A stretch of 64,000 nucleotides of DNA from contig OY759746.1 in the NCBI GenBank assembly GCA_963662795.1, positions 3,328,001 through 3,392,000 on the forward strand, read 5' to 3'. How positions within the stretch are numbered: position 1 is the first letter of the stretch; every line of letters begins with the position of its first letter. Below are positions 60,341 through 64,000 of this stretch, one piece after another. Under the pieces are notes generated by a model, which saw nothing but the letters and a program-made list of their open reading frames with translations, ran no database searches and was not told where the DNA came from. The stretch comes from Spirochaetia bacterium. GTDB taxonomy: Bacteria; Spirochaetota; Spirochaetia; CADAEX01. Both the position numbers and the translations under genes were made by a program.

Positions 60341-60389
60341 TTGACAATAGATCGACATTTGTCTAATGTGGTATTATAAAGTAATACCA
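60341..60389 (+). promoter_or_regulatory. Sigma70 promoter with palindromic operator TGGTATTAT-AAA-GTAATACCA
   Basis: TTGACA(60341)-17 bp-TAATGT(60364); 9-3-9 inverted repeat with one mismatch at 60369-60389. Confidence 0.75.
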
Positions 60390-60406
60390 GTAAAGGTGAG
60401 AATAAT

Positions 60407-60655
60407 ATGAAACAGAAAACTATTACCTTTAAAATTAATGAGGATATTGAGCAGTTGTTGATTAAAATTCCCAACAAATCCGAGTTTATCAGAAATTCAA
60501 TTTCAAAATCACTCGACTGTGTTTGCCCTCTTTGCGATGGAACAGGTATATTAAATTCCAAACAGAAAGAACACTGGGATCAGTTTAAACTGAATCATTC
60601 AATAAAACGTTGTGGAGAATGTGACGAACTTTATATTTCATGTAAAAAAAAATAA
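60407..60655 (+). CDS. Ribbon-helix-helix (CopG-like) regulator with Cys/His metal-binding tail
   Basis: TITFKI...L..IPNKSEFIR.SI then CPLC.GTG..HW..H...CxxC.....C. Confidence 0.8.
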   Translation: MKQKTITFKINEDIEQLLIKIPNKSEFIRNSISKSLDCVCPLCDGTGILNSKQKEHWDQFKLNHSIKRCGECDELYISCKKK

Positions 60656-60676
60656 TTATCAAAAAGGGGAGTCATT

Positions 60677-61297
60677 ATGAAAAATTGGGTAATAATAGCT
60701 GTATTGCTGCTTATATTTGCAAATAATGCAGATGGGAAAATAAATGTCTATACAAGCATATTACCTCAGAAGTTTTTTGTTGAAAAAATAGGGGGAGACA
60801 GGGTCACCGTTGATGTACTTGTAATACCCGGAAAAAGTCCTGCTATATATGAACCTGCTCCAAAGCAGGTATTAAACCTGAGTAATGCTGATGTGTTTTT
60901 CAGAATAGGTGTCCCGTTTGAAATTGCATTTATCCCAAATCTAAGAAGTAATATAAAAAATCTGAAGAATGTTCTTCTTCCTTATCGAGATGAATCTTTT
61001 TTTGTTTTCCATCCTGCTTTTAGATATTTTGCAGATGAATTCAGCTTGAAACAAATTACAGTTGAAACAGGAGGAAAGGAACCGCCTTCAAACACACTTG
61101 AAAAAATGATACAAAATGCTTTGGATAACAATATTAGAATTATTTTTGTACAGCCGGTATTTTCCAAAAAGAGTGCAGAAGCTGTTGCATCTGCTATTAA
61201 CGGAAATGTTGTTATACTAAATCCGCTTGATCCTGATTATATAAATAATCTTAAACATATTGCCAATGAAATAAGAATAGTAGTTAACAAAGAATAA
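60677..61297 (+). pseudogene. ZnuA/TroA-family metal-binding protein with large in-frame internal deletion
   Basis: SILPQ..VEKIGG, PG.SPA.YEP, FHPAF.YFA, IFVQP present; central DPH.W segment and backbone helix missing; only 206 aa. Confidence 0.7.
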
Positions 61298-61304
61298 AAT
61301 TCTC

Positions 61305-62342
61305 ATGATAAAAATGGACTATAAAAAACTGCTTAAACTCTCAGATAAGGTGGTTTTATTTCAATTATTAACATTCACTTTGTATTTTGCTTTTATTATA
61401 GCGAAAAGCGGTGTTTTTCAAAATGAATATTTAAAAAAATTTTCAATATTGTTTGTCACTATAGTTTTTGAAGGATTGCCATTTATAATAATTGGATCAA
61501 TAATATCCTCTATTATCCATATATATATTTCTGATGAAATAATTATGAAGTTGACACCCTCAAGAAAATTGTCCGGAATATTAATTGCAGCTTTACTTGG
61601 ATTTATCCTTCCTATATGTGAGTGTGCAATTGTTTCTGTTACAAAAAAATTGCTTGAAAAAAAAATGCCGATTTATATTGCTGTTACACTTTTAACTGCA
61701 ATGCCAATTGTAAATCCAATAGTGATCATGACTACCTATTTTGCATTTCCTGAACGATTAGATATTGTTTTTATCAGGCTTGTAACAGGTTTTTTATTAT
61801 CCGTATTAATTGGATTTATTGTCTCAATAGTATATAAAGGTAAAACATCTGTTCAGTTTCTACGAAATTCAAATGTTATAACGAAGACTGACATATGCTT
61901 GTGTAAATCCTGCAATCATCTACACGGTAATCCTCTTGATGGGTTTTATAAGGTTATTGACCATGCTGGATATGAGTTATATATCATTGGTCGTTTCTTT
62001 ATACTAGGATCTTTTTTAGCTACAATCTTTAGAACATGTATTCCTGAATCTTCTTTATTTATATTCATGAACAACCAAATATTGTCAATTTTACTTATGA
62101 TGAGTTTGGCTTATCTTTTGTCAATATGTTCAGAATCTGATGCGTTTATTGCAAGAAAATTCATTGGGATTTTCCCTGATAGTGCAATAATGAGTTTTTT
62201 AATTTTGGGTCCTATGATTGATATTAAAAATACAATTATGCTTTTAAATTTATTTAAACTGAAATTTACCATATTTCTGATATCAATTATTTCAATAACC
62301 TGTTTTTTATCAGCACTTTTTTTGGATTCTTTTGTTTTGTAA
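61305..62342 (+). CDS. DUF318/ArsP_1-family permease (YcgR-like)
   Basis: EGLPF..IG, PICEC, P.VNP, LS.CSESDAF, FL..GPM.D.KN. Confidence 0.88.
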   Translation: MIKMDYKKLLKLSDKVVLFQLLTFTLYFAFIIAKSGVFQNEYLKKFSILFVTIVFEGLPFIIIGSIISSIIHIYISDEIIMKLTPSRKLSGILIAALLGFILPICECAIVSVTKKLLEKKMPIYIAVTLLTAMPIVNPIVIMTTYFAFPERLDIVFIRLVTGFLLSVLIGFIVSIVYKGKTSVQFLRNSNVITKTDICLCKSCNHLHGNPLDGFYKVIDHAGYELYIIGRFFILGSFLATIFRTCIPESSLFIFMNNQILSILLMMSLAYLLSICSESDAFIARKFIGIFPDSAIMSFLILGPMIDIKNTIMLLNLFKLKFTIFLISIISITCFLSALFLDSFVL

Positions 62343-62352
62343 AGGGAAAAAA

Positions 62353-63111
62353 ATGCTGAAGAAGAGATTTTATTTTTATGAAACATTATGGCTTATTAAT
62401 CTCTTTGCATATACTGGACTTCTTCTCTATATAATTTTATCAAGTAAGGTAGAGATATTATTTCATCCAAGACAATATATATTTTTAATAATTACAGTTT
62501 TATTTTTCTTTTTTTTAATATATTTACAGTTTTATAATATCTATTCATTTAAGACGGAAAGAAAAATAAACAAAAGCATTGTCATTTTTTATATGCCCAT
62601 TTTATTTGCAATTATAGGACTGGCAAATGATAAAGACAGTATAATTAACACAGTATATAGACAGAATACTTTTATACCGGTAAATATACAGATCTTGTGT
62701 AACGATAAAGACAAAGAGGCTATATCAGAAACAGATAGTGTAATTATGAATAAAGATAACTATTATCAGGAATATAATAAAATATATGATGATATTGGTA
62801 AATATATCGGTAGAGAAATACAGATAAATGGTTATGTTTACAGGGAGAGTGTTTATAAAGACAACCAGTTTGTACTTGCTCAGGATTTGATGTGGTGTTG
62901 TGCTGCCGATATAGCAGTTATAGGTTTTTTTTGTGAATATGACAATGCTTCGGAGTTTGAAACCGGTTCCTGGTATGAGCTTTCAGGTAAGATCGCAAAG
63001 TCGTTATATCCTGATCAGGAGACAGGGAAAGAACGTGAATTTCCTTCCATACATATAGATAAATACAGAAAAATAAATCCCCCTGATATTCCATGTCTTT
63101 TCCCTTACTGA
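62353..63111 (+). CDS. TIGR03943/DUF1980-family protein (YcgQ-like)
   Basis: HPR, Y.G.EI...GYV, F.LA...M.CCAAD...GF, W....G, final P.L.PY. Confidence 0.85.
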   Translation: MLKKRFYFYETLWLINLFAYTGLLLYIILSSKVEILFHPRQYIFLIITVLFFFFLIYLQFYNIYSFKTERKINKSIVIFYMPILFAIIGLANDKDSIINTVYRQNTFIPVNIQILCNDKDKEAISETDSVIMNKDNYYQEYNKIYDDIGKYIGREIQINGYVYRESVYKDNQFVLAQDLMWCCAADIAVIGFFCEYDNASEFETGSWYELSGKIAKSLYPDQETGKEREFPSIHIDKYRKINPPDIPCLFPY

Positions 63112-63122
63112 TCAGAAATTAA

Positions 63123-63998
63123 GGAACCTCTGAATAATTCAAGTTTTTAAGCACCTTTTCTATAATTAATTCTGTTCAGATAATCCTATGAAGGAAAACG
63201 GGCCAAAAATCCTGAATTACTCCCCTAAGGGATTCATGTTTTTCATACCTATCCCGGGTATTTTTCTTAATTATTTCAGTTATGCACATGAGAGACCCTG
63301 TCTTTTCGCCAAAACAATATTTACCAGTGCACATGAAACAAATACATGATTTGCATTTTTATCAAGACCACGATACCTGACCTTTTGATATCCAAACTGT
63401 CTTTTAAGTACATGAAAGACATGTTCTACCTTTCCCTGATTCGTGATTTGTTTCTGTTCTGCTCTTTCTCTTTCTCAGTAAGTACTTTATTCCTGCTTCC
63501 CTTTTTCTGTATAAAGCTTTTTGCATAAGGTGATACTTTTGATATTTTTTCCTTTTGTCCACAGTAGGCTGAATCTCCCCAGACTCTTGTTTCTTCTCCA
63601 TGAAGAAGATCTTCCAGTACCTGCGAATCATGCACACTTGCAGCTGTTACAACAACTGAATGTATCAGTTTTGTCCTGCTGTCCACTCCTATGTGGGTTT
63701 TCATTCCAAAATGCCACTGATTCCCTTTTTTCGTCTGCTTCATTTCAGGGTCTCTTTCTTTTTTTATATTCTTTGTTGAACTAGCCGCTTCTATTATTGT
63801 GGCATTTACTATGGCTCGATTACTTCGGACAGTTCTTTCCACGGTATTATTTTATCCATCTGTTTAAGAAACACTTCTTTCTTTGTTGTTTTTCTGCATT
63901 TTTCAAAGCCTTCTGTTGCTAAAGATACCTGACGCATTTTCTCACTCCCATAGCTGGCTTTGATTCTATCATTTTTTCAATAATTAATCAGAGGTTCA
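63123..63998 (-). mobile_element. Internally deleted IS5-family element with both terminal inverted repeats
   Basis: GGAACCTCTGAATAATT (63123) / AATTAATCAGAGGTTCA (63982-63998), preceded by TTAA. Confidence 0.9.
63280..63937 (-). pseudogene. IS5-family transposase pseudogene
   Basis: MRQVSLA..RKT.K.FL.QMD / PWKEL, IVNATII (D>N), [38 protein letters not shown]; two frameshifts and an internal deletion. Confidence 0.9.
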
Positions 63999-64000
63999 CT

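Noticed and set aside
604-62386. Many short ORFs nested antisense or out of frame in long genes
   Set aside because: Fully overlap well-supported CDSs and show no motifs or RBS

Overview
AT-rich bacterial DNA whose gene content points to a spirochaete (Spirochaetales-like): NusG-II/Gx-transporter operon, TPR proteins next to mutL, split PilZ protein, ComFB protein, Maf pair. Positions 1-41.8 kb are mostly core genes (amrB, two maf/DUF115 genes, ftsB-like, tsaC, rsmE, acyltransferase, mutL, panE, ttcA, aconitase). The most striking gene there is a 1642-aa outer-membrane protein (24525-29453) with about seven collinear motifs that resemble the Bacteroidota type IX secretion translocon SprA, and no other T9SS gene is recognisable in the window. 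An elongator tRNA-Met (41937-42009) is followed by a ~22 kb accessory island bounded by two decayed, same-orientation IS5-family elements. The island encodes TetR, a LolA-like protein, a DUF1302-like barrel, MMPL, FeoC-like/FeoA/FeoB, a heterodimeric IrtAB/YbtPQ-like ABC pair, a hidden second feoC-like pseudogene, four methyltransferases, TetR-MATE, and a metal-uptake block led by a ribbon-helix-helix/Cys-His regulator. Operators, promoters and a recurring 'stop codon - T tract - operator' layout can be read directly from the sequence. All family assignments come from motifs recognised by eye; no database search was run.
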